64,000 bases of DNA from Bacteroidota bacterium (lineage in GTDB: Bacteria > Bacteroidota > Bacteroidia > Bacteroidales > TTA-H9): assembly GCA_003250395.1 (NCBI GenBank), contig QKGM01000002.1:23906-87905 (forward strand). The letters run 5' to 3'. A program made the position numbers and the translations under genes. The stretch's first letter is position 1; each line of letters begins with the position of its first letter. This document shows positions 48,757 through 59,411 of the stretch, piece after piece. The notes under the pieces were generated by a model, which searched no databases, was not told the origin of the DNA, and saw only the letters and a program-made list of their open reading frames with translations.

Positions 48757-51066
48757 TTATTTGATAACCATGATTTTAGTCACGGCTGTCTCCGATCCGT
48801 CATCGTTGGTAATAAAAACAAGGTAGACGCCGGTACTTACTTTCTCCCCATCTGTTGTTTTGGCATTCCAGATAGCTTGTCCTCCCTGAGCACGGGTCTC
48901 GTACACCAAAGCACCACTGATGGTGGTTATTTTAACCCAGGCATTGTTAACCAGCCCTTTTATTGCGACTACCCCTTCATATCCTTCGGGAACCGGTTGA
49001 GGATATACAACAAGGTCATCGTTGGTAGGTTGCGGGGGCGTGGCTTCTCCTTTAAAGGAAACAATTCCGTTAGGTGTGGCAAAATAGACTGTTCCATCAT
49101 CTCCGATGGCAATATCAGTGATTGAGTTGGAAAACAGCGGACTGTTTTCAGCAGTAAAATGGAAAATTTCAGTTGTGCCATCAGCAGAAAGCAAAAATGC
49201 GCCAGCTCTGTCGGTTCCAATCCATTTTTGGTTTGCACCATCAACACAAATTGAAGTTACAGTTTCATTTTCTAATAAATACTGGTTATAACCGTCAAGA
49301 GTCACAACAATGCGCTGGGCATCAAAGTTGGAGGTGCCTGTCAGTACGGCTCCCGGATTGTAAAAAACAGCTATTCCTACATCAGTTCCAATCCAGATTT
49401 CACCATCCTGATCTTCACACATGGCGTACACTTTATTTCCAGGGATGGCTCCATTACCGGTAACTTCATTCAAAATCTTGGCTCGTTTACTGATATCGTT
49501 TTTCTCGTTAAAAACGAGTAAGGAATGGTCCTTTCGCATTTGAATCCATTTTTGTCCTGATTGGTCAACAATCAGGCTCCCCACATCTATATTGCTCATA
49601 TTGCCGCCAATATTATAACCCTGCCATTCACCATTGGTTTTCCTTTCATGGATAATCGATTGTGCTCCGGTGTTGACTACCCAAAGATTACCCTGATCAT
49701 CGAAATCGATTCCGCTTACAAAGGTCTGTCTGACATTAGCTATCCATGGTTCAAGTGAAGAGTTGGTTGTATCATATACAGCTGTAATCTCACCGTTGCT
49801 GATCTCCATCAGACCTTTCCCCCAGATGGCAGCATAAGTTTTGTCACCGGAAGGTGCTGACTTAACGGCTACAATATCCCAAATGGCTGACATCTGTGGC
49901 TCTGTTGTATAATTGAATACCTGCCACGATACTCCGTCCGAAGCGCTCAGTCCGTCCCGAATGTATAGGTTTCCCCAGGTTGAATTACGACCGCCATGTG
50001 CAACCCATAGCTTATCTCCCTGTGTATTGATGTCAAATACCTTGTGTGAATAAGGCCCCTGTGGTGCAAGGAATTCGCCTTTCCAGCCTGCATTGGTTAC
50101 CTTGACCAATCCATATTTTCTATCGGCAATCCATATTAAATCAGTCGATTCAACCACGGCAGCTGAAGGTGATAATTGTACTTCAGAAGGTTTGAAGACC
50201 GATAAAACGATCTGTAACGATTCATCCCGAAGTTCAACGGCTCCTTCATAGCTGATTGCCAAAAGACCTTGTGTAACCTGCAAATGATAGATATTGTAAT
50301 AATTTGATGAGGTAAGCTTTCTTGCAGATTCAGTTGAAGGATTATAGACCCATAGTGTATCATCATTATATCCATCATTTGTCTGGGCTAAAAAAAGTTC
50401 ATTACTGAACCAAACTGCTGAACTATAATTCAACCCAGGTTGGGGAAGGATTAAAATCTTCGACCAGTTCTCGAAAACGGCCAGCATAGGGTTGTTTTTG
50501 TCGGCTTCAAAAACACCGATGGCAGAGGCGGCATATATTTTATCATTACTAAATGTTACATCGTTGATGTCAATCATCGAACCATTTGGCCCAAGGATAT
50601 ACGTATCGTGAATTTCATGACGGCGTAAATCGACAACCACAATTCCAAAACCGCAGGCCAGATATGCATATTCACCGTTTATGGTAATTTTGTTGATGGT
50701 TTTGTTTCCCAGAATGTTTTTTCGTTTAATATCACTCAGATTAATTACGGAGCCATCAACCAGAAGATCAATATTAGTGTTGGCATAGGCGATAATCAGG
50801 GTTTTCAGGGCGGAATGATATCCAATGTCCGCTATTTCGCTGTCACTTAATCCGGCAACCTTACTGTAACGTTTAACCGAATTGTAGTTTTTGTCGTACG
50901 AGAATAACCCATATTGGGTGGCACAGAATATCTGGTCGCCGGTATTGACTACCTGTAAACCTTTACTATATGGTAAATGGTCGTGCCATTCATGTATAGC
51001 TGTTCCCTGTTGGGCATTCCCAGTTATAAATATGATAGACAACAGAATGGAGAAGAAATATTTCAT
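48757..51066 (-). CDS. porZ: T9SS component PorZ (beta-propellers plus type-A CTD)
   Basis: WHDHLPYS N-terminus, IIAYANTNIDL, DGANQKWIGT...FTAENSPL, and CTD VYPQPV...G.VAIKGL...VSTGVYLV. Confidence 0.88.
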   Translation of the reverse strand: MKYFFSILLSIIFITGNAQQGTAIHEWHDHLPYSKGLQVVNTGDQIFCATQYGLFSYDKNYNSVKRYSKVAGLSDSEIADIGYHSALKTLIIAYANTNIDLLVDGSVINLSDIKRKNILGNKTINKITINGEYAYLACGFGIVVVDLRRHEIHDTYILGPNGSMIDINDVTFSNDKIYAASAIGVFEADKNNPMLAVFENWSKILILPQPGLNYSSAVWFSNELFLAQTNDGYNDDTLWVYNPSTESARKLTSSNYYNIYHLQVTQGLLAISYEGAVELRDESLQIVLSVFKPSEVQLSPSAAVVESTDLIWIADRKYGLVKVTNAGWKGEFLAPQGPYSHKVFDINTQGDKLWVAHGGRNSTWGNLYIRDGLSASDGVSWQVFNYTTEPQMSAIWDIVAVKSAPSGDKTYAAIWGKGLMEISNGEITAVYDTTNSSLEPWIANVRQTFVSGIDFDDQGNLWVVNTGAQSIIHERKTNGEWQGYNIGGNMSNIDVGSLIVDQSGQKWIQMRKDHSLLVFNEKNDISKRAKILNEVTGNGAIPGNKVYAMCEDQDGEIWIGTDVGIAVFYNPGAVLTGTSNFDAQRIVVTLDGYNQYLLENETVTSICVDGANQKWIGTDRAGAFLLSADGTTEIFHFTAENSPLFSNSITDIAIGDDGTVYFATPNGIVSFKGEATPPQPTNDDLVVYPQPVPEGYEGVVAIKGLVNNAWVKITTISGALVYETRAQGGQAIWNAKTTDGEKVSTGVYLVFITNDDGSETAVTKIMVIK

Positions 51067-51183
51067 TTGAACCAATGTTTAAGTGCAGTTTTGGATTTCC
51101 GAAGTGAAATGTGGCTGTATATAGAACGCAACAGACTGAAAAACGTAATCTGGCGCTAAATATTTCATCTAAAGTAATGTGAA

Positions 51184-51606
51184 TTATTTTTCTACAGGCA
51201 GTTTTACTTCAGATTCAATAATTGGCTGTATTTTAATGAGAAAGGTGTTCAGATCGCTTTGCCCCCAATGGGTGCTGTCTTTATATATTATGACCGGATA
51301 CTTTATTCCACGTAGTTTGCTTCCTGCGGCTCTTTTTGCTACGTTGTACATCAGGGAACGGTTTTCAGGTAGCCCAAGGTTTACATTTACATAGCTTATC
51401 TGGTTTTTATTAAAGAAATCTTTAGCTGTTGTGCAGCGGCCGCAACCTTTATTCGAAAATACGACGGGGTATAATTGTTTAAGTGAATCGACCTGTTCTA
51501 GAGTCGGTTTAAAGAGGCTATCCGGTTGAATGACCACCTGCTGGGAAAACCCCTTCAATATGAAACCACAGATAAAGGACAGGAAGATAAAATGTTTGAA
51601 CTTCAT
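51184..51606 (-). CDS. Secreted glutaredoxin-like protein (CGRC)
   Basis: Signal-peptide-like N-terminus MKFKHFIFLSF; GCGRC active site; cis-Pro motif YPVI. Confidence 0.75.
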   Translation of the reverse strand: MKFKHFIFLSFICGFILKGFSQQVVIQPDSLFKPTLEQVDSLKQLYPVVFSNKGCGRCTTAKDFFNKNQISYVNVNLGLPENRSLMYNVAKRAAGSKLRGIKYPVIIYKDSTHWGQSDLNTFLIKIQPIIESEVKLPVEK

Positions 51607-51844
51607 GATCATTAAATTTTCGGCAAAGATATTCATATCACTTTAAAGCCGAAAAACGGGAATCTGTATGTCTTAAATATTGAGAGAATAGCATGGACTA
51701 AATCTGGTATTATAATCATTTACTGCGGATTGTAAGTTTTACTCTGTCGTTAATAGATAGATTAGTGACATCAGCTTTATACACGATTCAATTCCATTCC
51801 TGTTGATTCACCGTAAGGAAGCGTAGAACGACTGTCCATTTTCG

Positions 51845-51852
51845 TATTTTTG
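51845..51852 (+). promoter_or_regulatory. -7 promoter box (TATTTTTG) for cysS
   Basis: TAnnTTTG match about 50 nt upstream of the cysS start. Confidence 0.55.
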
Positions 51853-51901
51853 CAAGGCAAACCGATCCGGCTTATCCCCCCGGGTTCTAATATGATGCAG
51901 T

Positions 51902-53371
51902 ATGATACATAAGTTGATGCTTTATAATACTCTTACACGTCGTAAGGAGGTTTTTGAGCCGTTGAACCCCCCTCATGTTGGTTTGTATGTTTGCGGGCCT
52001 ACAGTATATGGTGACCCTCATCTGGGACATGCCCGCCCTGCCATTACTTTCGATGTGTTGTTCAGATACTTGCAGCATCTTGGTTATAAAGTAAGGTATG
52101 TCAGAAATATAACAGATGTGGGGCATCTGGAGAATGATGCTGACGAGGGCGAGGATAAAGTTGCCCGGAAGGCACGGCTCGAACAGCTTGAGCCGATGGA
52201 AATTGTTCAATATTACACGATCAGGTATCACCAGGCAATGGATGCACTGAATGTAAAACGTCCGTCCATAGAACCTCATGCGTCAGGGCATATTATCGAA
52301 CAGATTGAAATGGTAAAGCGGATAATGGAACAGGGATTCGCGTATGAAAGCAATGGCTCTGTTTATTTCGATGTGTTGAAATACAATACTAAGCATCATT
52401 ATGGTAAACTTAGTGGTCGTTCTGTAGATGAGTTACTCTCAAATACCCGGGAACTGGATGGTCAGGCGGAAAAGCGTAATGGGTTTGATTTTGCATTGTG
52501 GAAAAAGGCACAACCCGAGCATATTATGAGATGGCCTTCGCCATGGAGTGACGGATTCCCCGGATGGCACATGGAGTGTTCAGCCATGGGAACCCGGTAT
52601 CTGGGCGAAACTTTCGATATTCATGGTGGAGGTATGGATCTTGTTTTCCCACATCATGAAGCAGAGATTGCACAGAGCGTTGCGGCAAATGGCAGAGAGG
52701 CTGTCAGGTACTGGCTTCACAATAATATGATTACGATCAATGGCCAGAAGATGGGTAAATCGTTGGGCAATTTTATTAATCTTGAGGAATTTTTCAAAGG
52801 TTCACACGAAAAGCTTGAGCGGGCATACAGTCCGATGAATATACGTTTTTTTATTCTCCAGGCTCACTACCGTGGTACTGTTGACTTTTCAAATGAGGCT
52901 TTGCAGGCTGCGGAAAAGGGTTATCGCCGGTTAATGGAGGCTGCGAAGACGATTCATAAACTTAAACCATCGGATCACAGTGATACCGATGTTTCTGCCC
53001 TTCGAAACAAGTGCTATGAAGCCATGGATGACGATTTGAATACTCCTCAACTGATTGCTCACCTGTTTGAAGCTGTCCGGATCATCAACTCTGTGAATGA
53101 CGGACATGAGGTACTGACAGCCGTTGACATTGAATTGCTTGTTGATTTAATTCAGGTTTTTGCTATTGATATACTGGGCCTTTCCGATGAAACCTCGACA
53201 GGAGGAGATGACCAGCTTGTTGAAGGGCTTATGCAGACTATACTTTCATTAAGAAAAGACGCACGTGATCGAAAGGATTGGCCAACCAGCGATAAGATAC
53301 GTGATCGTTTGAAGGAGGTTGGTATTCAGGTAAAAGACACCAGAGAAGGTGCCTCCTGGAGTCGGGATTAA
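51902..53371 (+). CDS. cysS: Cysteine--tRNA ligase
   Basis: [48 protein letters not shown] and KMGKSLGN. Confidence 0.98.
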   Translation: MIHKLMLYNTLTRRKEVFEPLNPPHVGLYVCGPTVYGDPHLGHARPAITFDVLFRYLQHLGYKVRYVRNITDVGHLENDADEGEDKVARKARLEQLEPMEIVQYYTIRYHQAMDALNVKRPSIEPHASGHIIEQIEMVKRIMEQGFAYESNGSVYFDVLKYNTKHHYGKLSGRSVDELLSNTRELDGQAEKRNGFDFALWKKAQPEHIMRWPSPWSDGFPGWHMECSAMGTRYLGETFDIHGGGMDLVFPHHEAEIAQSVAANGREAVRYWLHNNMITINGQKMGKSLGNFINLEEFFKGSHEKLERAYSPMNIRFFILQAHYRGTVDFSNEALQAAEKGYRRLMEAAKTIHKLKPSDHSDTDVSALRNKCYEAMDDDLNTPQLIAHLFEAVRIINSVNDGHEVLTAVDIELLVDLIQVFAIDILGLSDETSTGGDDQLVEGLMQTILSLRKDARDRKDWPTSDKIRDRLKEVGIQVKDTREGASWSRD

Positions 53372-53390
53372 CAAGATTAAAGTATTTCTT

Positions 53391-53428
53391 AAAAGCCGGT
53401 TAAACTGTTATTGTTAACCGGCTTTTTT
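53391..53428 (+). terminator. Bidirectional intrinsic terminator after cysS
   Basis: AAAAGCCGGTTAA ... TTAACCGGCTTTTTT. Confidence 0.85.
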
Positions 53429-53649
53429 GTACTATAATATTAAACACTCTTTATAATTAATCCGTAATACGCTGTACGAAAATGCTGTTTTCAACGGAAA
53501 GAAGTTCGCTTTTACAGATAAAATATCAGAAAAGGTATATCTGCACTGAATTAGTTATTGCCCTGATGTTACGATAATCAGGTCAATAATAAAAATAATA
53601 CTGATAGTAACAGCAATTTCGGTTAATAAGCTTATGGTGAATAGCTGGT

Positions 53650-54948
53650 TTAGTTTTTGATAAATTCAACACGTCGGTTTTTTGCTTTCCCTTCAGGTGA
53701 TGAATTAGGTGCAATTGGAACTGTTTGTCCCAAACCCTCCGTTTTAATCCTCGACTCATCAATACCAAAATCCCTGACAAGGCATGCTTTTACCGAGGCT
53801 GCCCTACGCTTTGAAAGATCAAGGTTTTTGGCCTCATCACCGTCGCTGTCTGTATGCCCGGCTACTTTGATTTTTATATCCGGATTCTCTTTAAGTATCT
53901 GGGCAATCTCTTTTACTGAACCATAAGATTCGGGCTTGACAACATCTTTTCCGGTATCGAAAGTTATGCCATAGGATATGATTTTCCCTTCAGTAAGCAA
54001 TTTGTTTCGCATATCAGGAGCGGCAGAAGTAATCTTCAGGTTTGATATATACGGGTAAGCATTGCGATTCCAACCGCTGAAGCGAAACCTGTTGAATTTT
54101 GTATTGGCGTATATGTTGGTGGGCATATCCAGCACCTTTGCTCCCTTATGATAGATCCTGACACGCCTGTTTTGAATCCAGATGATTATATGGTTGACAG
54201 CTTCTTTGATTACCGGCATGCTCTCCGACTGCCCTTCAAGCCAGTCTCCATTAGTAATATTATCGTACCCAAGCGTTGTCCATGTTTCCGGCATGATATT
54301 GATATGAAGACCATGAACGCCTGGATACAAATCATCATCAAGCTCTCGGTTTTCAGTATCGCCATATAATGTTAACTGGCATCCGTCCTGAAACTCTTCG
54401 TCAGGAATCAGGTCGAATTCGATAATGAAATTGGAAGGAAAGTTAATATTCCCGGTATAGCAATATACAGCATTTTTCCCGTTCATGTGCAACCAGTTAC
54501 CTTGTGCCAGATTGACTGTCTTTACTTCACCGCTTCCATTCGTAGTCCACCGGGCTGGAAAATCTCCAATAGCGTCCTGCGAGAAATCTTCAAAAAAGAG
54601 AATCTGGTCACCAGGAACGAAATCGTACTTTGAGAAAGACTGAAGTTTTTGAGATTGTGGCCTTGCAGGTGCTATCTGTTCGCCTGGTTCTTCAGCCTCT
54701 TCTTCTACTTCTGAGGATTCTCCTGTCTCTTCCTCTTCCTGTTTTTCCGATTTCTCTTTTTTCTTTTTTTTAGTGAAGAGGCTTCCAATACCATCTTCAA
54801 CTTTATCGAACCCCGTACTGATCCCTTCTTCAGTACGTTGTTCTGCCCGGCTTCCGGCTTCATCTTCAATTTTTCCCTTAATATCTATCTGCGCGGTCAG
54901 ATACATTGCCAGGAAGCAGGCAAATACAGTTAATAAAATGTTTTTCAT
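53650..54948 (-). CDS. OmpA-family peptidoglycan-binding protein with a central beta-sandwich domain
   Basis: Signal peptide; KYDFVPGD..LFFEDF..D..GDFPARW domain; OmpA_C GITFDTG, GHTDSDG, NLDLSKRRA and NRRVEF. Confidence 0.92.
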   Translation of the reverse strand: MKNILLTVFACFLAMYLTAQIDIKGKIEDEAGSRAEQRTEEGISTGFDKVEDGIGSLFTKKKKKEKSEKQEEEETGESSEVEEEAEEPGEQIAPARPQSQKLQSFSKYDFVPGDQILFFEDFSQDAIGDFPARWTTNGSGEVKTVNLAQGNWLHMNGKNAVYCYTGNINFPSNFIIEFDLIPDEEFQDGCQLTLYGDTENRELDDDLYPGVHGLHINIMPETWTTLGYDNITNGDWLEGQSESMPVIKEAVNHIIIWIQNRRVRIYHKGAKVLDMPTNIYANTKFNRFRFSGWNRNAYPYISNLKITSAAPDMRNKLLTEGKIISYGITFDTGKDVVKPESYGSVKEIAQILKENPDIKIKVAGHTDSDGDEAKNLDLSKRRAASVKACLVRDFGIDESRIKTEGLGQTVPIAPNSSPEGKAKNRRVEFIKN

Positions 54949-55076
54949 AAGGTCAGTTATTTGCGTTTTGTCGGACTAAATTACATCTATTGTAACAAAG
55001 TTCCAAGAAATGAATTTGATGTTATTGCAATTTAAGAGTTGCTCTTATTCTTAGAAGTGGTGTCACACTACCTACA

Positions 55077-55673
55077 CTATTTTTTTTGACCAAAGGATGT
55101 GTAAATACCGATCATCGCGGAAGGTCGGGTATGGGTAAAGTCCCATAACTGACTATAGAATAATGTGATTTTCTGTTTCTTTACAAAGCTGAACTCAACT
55201 CTGGGGCCTGATGCATACATCCCGAAAAATCGGATAAACTCACCGCCAAGTTTAAAGTTTCTGATCAGGTAAAATACCATTGCATCCCATCGGTGTCTTT
55301 TTCCCCCATATTCGAAGGCAGCAAAGCCTGAGAATCTTTCAGAAGTGAAATTGATAATTGGAGAAACACGCCATAGCTGATCTTCATTTGACTGAAAACC
55401 GGCAAGAAAGCCTAATGTAAGTCCTTTGACCGGAACCCAGGTAGGGCCTGCTAATCCTTGTCCCCAACTACTTCCCTTAGCACCATTCAGGTAGAAATAT
55501 GCAGCCATTCCCCATCTTTCATTGAAGGATTGAGCAGAGAAGAGTGTCATTACAGGGATGATGCGGCCATCATCAATAATATTGTATTCATTGAGTTTGA
55601 AGAGGGTTTGCCCCCGTAACTGACCTGAAAAGAATGAAATCAGTAGTGCCAACAGAATTTTTCTGAACTTCAT
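55077..55673 (-). CDS. Hypothetical secreted protein, probable small outer-membrane beta-barrel
   Basis: Signal peptide; alternating aromatic/Gly amphipathic strands; C-terminal MIGIYTSF strand. Confidence 0.7.
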   Translation of the reverse strand: MKFRKILLALLISFFSGQLRGQTLFKLNEYNIIDDGRIIPVMTLFSAQSFNERWGMAAYFYLNGAKGSSWGQGLAGPTWVPVKGLTLGFLAGFQSNEDQLWRVSPIINFTSERFSGFAAFEYGGKRHRWDAMVFYLIRNFKLGGEFIRFFGMYASGPRVEFSFVKKQKITLFYSQLWDFTHTRPSAMIGIYTSFGQKK

Positions 55674-55685
55674 GTGAGTTTGTTA

Positions 55686-58600
55686 TCAGGATTGCTTTTC
55701 AGGGATGGTGATGATAAATTCTGTGTGTTCACCTTCTTTTGATTCAACTTCCAGTTTTCCTTTATGAATTTTGTTAACGATATCAAAACTCATCGAGAGG
55801 CCTAAACCGGTTCCTTTACCGGTTGGTTTGGTTGTAAAAAAGGGATTGAATATCTTTTCAATTACCTGTTGCGGAATCCCGGTACCGTTATCCCTGATCC
55901 TTATTTCTACTTTATTTTGTACTTTCCTGGTTGTAATCACCACTTCTGGTTTATAGCCCGGAATATTTGTCTTCGATTTCTCGTCAACTGCATAACACGC
56001 GTTGTTGACTATGTTAAGTACAACTCGGCTCAGATCCTGGGGTATTATACTTACTTTACCTATTTCAGGATCAAGATTGGTGCGTATGGCTGTGTTAAAG
56101 CTCTTGTCTTTTGCTCGTAGGCCATGATAAGCCAGATTCACGTATTCGGTTACAATGTTATTGAGATCAACCTCTTCGAATTCACTTGTTCTGCCCCTGG
56201 AATGTTGCAGCATCCCCTTCACAATGCTTTCGACTCTTTTTCCATGTTCATTGATCTTAACGACATTTCCTTTGATCATGCCAATCACCTCGGCAACATC
56301 CTCGTATTTATCTGTAGGAATGTTCTCTCTGATATCCTCAAGTGTTTCGTTCAGTTCATCTGCCAGGTCAACCGAAAGGGATGCGAAATTGTTGACAAAA
56401 TTCAAAGGGTTTTGTATCTCGTGTGCAATACCTGCTGTAAGCTGTCCGAGCGATGCAAGTTTTTCTGATTGAACCAATTGATCCTGAGTGTCTTTTAAGT
56501 TATGCAGTGTTTGTTGTAAATCGTCCAGTAGACGAGTACGTATGATGGCTGAGATGATATGTTCCTTTGAATTTCTGATCAAGCTGATGTCGCGGGCTTC
56601 AAAGGCATTTGCCCTGCTGTGGTTTTCAAATATCAGAAAGGCATCAATCTTACTTTCAATCCTGATCACCAGCACCATTACTGACTTTGGCTTCACATAT
56701 TTCCGGAGCTCTTCTATTTCGCTATAAGAAGAAAATTCTGATTTGATGAAGATGTCTTCAAAAACCTCTTCGGAGTTTTTCAGATATCTGTTCTCGGCTT
56801 GTGCCAGGTTGATTGTGAACTTTTCAAAATCAGTAACCGCATAGCCAAGACAGGCTTTGAACTGATAAGCATTGATATTTTTATCAAATACAAGTGCCAG
56901 CGATTTCTCGGCAGCCCTTATGATTTTCATTTTCTCGAGAAGAGATTGTAAAAGATTCTCATAGTTTATCTCAGCATTGATTGATTTGATGGCCGAGTTA
57001 ATCTTTTCGAGTTCATCATTCTTGTTAGCCAGTTCCTGCGACTGATTCTCAATTTCTTCTTTCTGTTGAACAACTTCTGCAGTTCTTACCGCGATTCGTT
57101 CTTCAAGAATTCTTTTTTCCTTCAGTAATTTTTGATTTCGTAGGAGAACAATAGTATATACAATACTTCCAAATACTATTATATAGAGCACAATAGCCCA
57201 AATGGTTTTATACCAGGGTGAGAGCACCTGGAATTTTACTACAGCTTCTGATGCCAGTTCGTCAAATATGTTTCTGGCTCTGACATGAAAAACAAATCTG
57301 CCTCCGGGAAGGTTGGTGTATTCCTTGACTGTCTGTGTAGACCAGTCGTTCCAGGTATCTTCAAATCCTTCGAGATAAAATTGGTATTCCATATCACCCT
57401 TTACTGAATGAAATGGAGTGCTGAATTCAAATGTAACGGAGTTTTCGCTGTGTTTCAGTACAATATTGTTTCTATTATAGGAGATGTTTCCGGAGTAGAT
57501 AACAGAATCGTTGTTGACCACTATCCTGCGGAGCAGGCTTGGGTAAGGCCTGACATTTTTATTCCTTACCGCAGCATCATACCGGATAAGCCCTTCCGGG
57601 CCTCCCAACCACGTTATACCATCTTCTTCAGGGAAGATACTCCAGATAACATAGTCTGCAATAGGTAGAAAAGGCATTGAAAGAAGCTGGTATTGATTTC
57701 TGTTTCTGAGGAGGATTTTTGTATCGGTCTCTTCTCCGGAGTTAACCCAAAGGTTGCCTTTCCTGTCGGGAATTATCAGAGAGAACCATTCATCAGCCAC
57801 TTGTTTAGTATCAGGGATCAGCCTGACCGAATCAAACGATTGCTTGGTTTCATTGAAGACATAAATCCCTTTGCTGGTTCCAATACTAATGGATTCGTCA
57901 AGAGGGTTGATTGTAATACCCTGAACTTCTGGTAACCCATCTTTTTCGTCAAAGAATGACAAGGTATCTTCTCCGGGGATGTATCTGAACAAACCTTTTG
58001 ACAGGCTGAGGCCCCAGATATTTCCTGAATTATCTGTTTTAAGATCGTTGATTTCCTCATCTATCCCGTCGAGCTTCATCACAATCCATCCATCTCCTTT
58101 TTTGGTCAGTCTGTAAAATCCTCTGGTCTCTCCAAGAAATATACTCGTGGGGTCTTTCTGTGATGTGGTCAGCGACAGGATAAATCCATCGCGTAGTAGA
58201 ACAGCTTTATGGTTTTTAATGACAAAAATTCCCTGCGATGTTGCTGCATACAGGTCGTTGTTGAAAGAGGTAATTTTCCAGCAGGCTGATATAATCTCTT
58301 TCACAGGTAAGAATCCCAGAGTTGTATAATCATAATAGTACAATCCCTGATAGGTTGCCACAAAACAGGTGTTTTGGAAGCGTAAAATCTGATTGACTCC
58401 ACCCATGAGCCCTGACTTTTCGTCGAAATAGGTAAAAGGTGAAGGAATTTCTATCATCGAGATTCCGTTGTTCAGCGCAGCCCAGAGGGTATTGTCATTG
58501 TTGATATAGAGAGTTTGAACAAAACTGTTTTGAAGAGAAGCTGCTTTGTCAATGATTTGCCTGACATTTCCTTCGTTATCTATTACGATGATTCCCATCC

Positions 58601-59405
58601 GTGAGGTCCCCAGAGCTATAGACCCATCTGAAAGGGCGACCCCTGAGGTTACCGGATTTTTTGTCAGAAGTTCGTTTCCCTTCGCTGCAAACGGGCGAAC
58701 TGAGCCTCCTTCCATAAGATAAAGACCCTGCGAGCTTGTCGCTATCAGTGTCTTAGTCTCCTGGAAGGGAAGCATGGCACTGATAACCCTTGCACCAGAG
58801 AAAACGGATCCCTGATTGCAGGCTTCTATTTTCCCGCCATGCCAAGATACCAATCCTTTTCCTTTTAGCTGCAAATAGATTACATCTCTGACAAGGAATG
58901 CATTAAGTATTTCATTGGGTGCAGTCCATACTGAAAGGTTACTGTTCTCGAGAGTGAAAATTAGGTTGCCGGTAATAAATTGTACCTTACCGCTAACAAT
59001 GAAAACACGAAGAACATCGTAGAAGGGGGAGTAGTTTGCTTTGAAATTCTGAAGTAAACTAATGAATTTCAGCGTTCCCGTGTTGTCAGGTCCCAGATAT
59101 CCTATCTCCCCGCGAGCACCAACGTACACTCTTCCGGTCGAATCGGTTGCCAGGGCAGAGACCTTTGTTGTATTCCCGGTCGGTATTAATCTCCAGGTTT
59201 CCCCGTCGTATTGCAGAACACCTGCAAAATTGCCAAAATACATGATCCCTTGCCGGTCTCCGGTGATGGCAAAATTCTGCGCGTGAGCATGGTAGTCGGA
59301 TGTGGTATAATTTCTTACAAACGGAAATCCAATTTCATGCCTTGCCTGCCCTATCGAAAGTGCCGGAAGCAATAAAAATTGAAGAGCAATTATCAGGTTC
59401 TTCAT
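55686..59405 (-). CDS. Sensor histidine kinase (periplasmic beta-propellers, Y_Y_Y, TM, GAF-like, HisKA, HATPase)
   Basis: Propeller repeats; Y_Y_Y YQFYLEGF..W..W....KEYTNLPGG.F.FHVRA; TM after PWYKT; QSEKLASLGQLTAGIAHEIQNPLNF; DNGTGI; PFFTTKPTGKGTGLGLS. Confidence 0.93.
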   Translation of the reverse strand: MKNLIIALQFLLLPALSIGQARHEIGFPFVRNYTTSDYHAHAQNFAITGDRQGIMYFGNFAGVLQYDGETWRLIPTGNTTKVSALATDSTGRVYVGARGEIGYLGPDNTGTLKFISLLQNFKANYSPFYDVLRVFIVSGKVQFITGNLIFTLENSNLSVWTAPNEILNAFLVRDVIYLQLKGKGLVSWHGGKIEACNQGSVFSGARVISAMLPFQETKTLIATSSQGLYLMEGGSVRPFAAKGNELLTKNPVTSGVALSDGSIALGTSRMGIIVIDNEGNVRQIIDKAASLQNSFVQTLYINNDNTLWAALNNGISMIEIPSPFTYFDEKSGLMGGVNQILRFQNTCFVATYQGLYYYDYTTLGFLPVKEIISACWKITSFNNDLYAATSQGIFVIKNHKAVLLRDGFILSLTTSQKDPTSIFLGETRGFYRLTKKGDGWIVMKLDGIDEEINDLKTDNSGNIWGLSLSKGLFRYIPGEDTLSFFDEKDGLPEVQGITINPLDESISIGTSKGIYVFNETKQSFDSVRLIPDTKQVADEWFSLIIPDRKGNLWVNSGEETDTKILLRNRNQYQLLSMPFLPIADYVIWSIFPEEDGITWLGGPEGLIRYDAAVRNKNVRPYPSLLRRIVVNNDSVIYSGNISYNRNNIVLKHSENSVTFEFSTPFHSVKGDMEYQFYLEGFEDTWNDWSTQTVKEYTNLPGGRFVFHVRARNIFDELASEAVVKFQVLSPWYKTIWAIVLYIIVFGSIVYTIVLLRNQKLLKEKRILEERIAVRTAEVVQQKEEIENQSQELANKNDELEKINSAIKSINAEINYENLLQSLLEKMKIIRAAEKSLALVFDKNINAYQFKACLGYAVTDFEKFTINLAQAENRYLKNSEEVFEDIFIKSEFSSYSEIEELRKYVKPKSVMVLVIRIESKIDAFLIFENHSRANAFEARDISLIRNSKEHIISAIIRTRLLDDLQQTLHNLKDTQDQLVQSEKLASLGQLTAGIAHEIQNPLNFVNNFASLSVDLADELNETLEDIRENIPTDKYEDVAEVIGMIKGNVVKINEHGKRVESIVKGMLQHSRGRTSEFEEVDLNNIVTEYVNLAYHGLRAKDKSFNTAIRTNLDPEIGKVSIIPQDLSRVVLNIVNNACYAVDEKSKTNIPGYKPEVVITTRKVQNKVEIRIRDNGTGIPQQVIEKIFNPFFTTKPTGKGTGLGLSMSFDIVNKIHKGKLEVESKEGEHTEFIITIPEKQS

Positions 59406-59411
59406 AATAAG

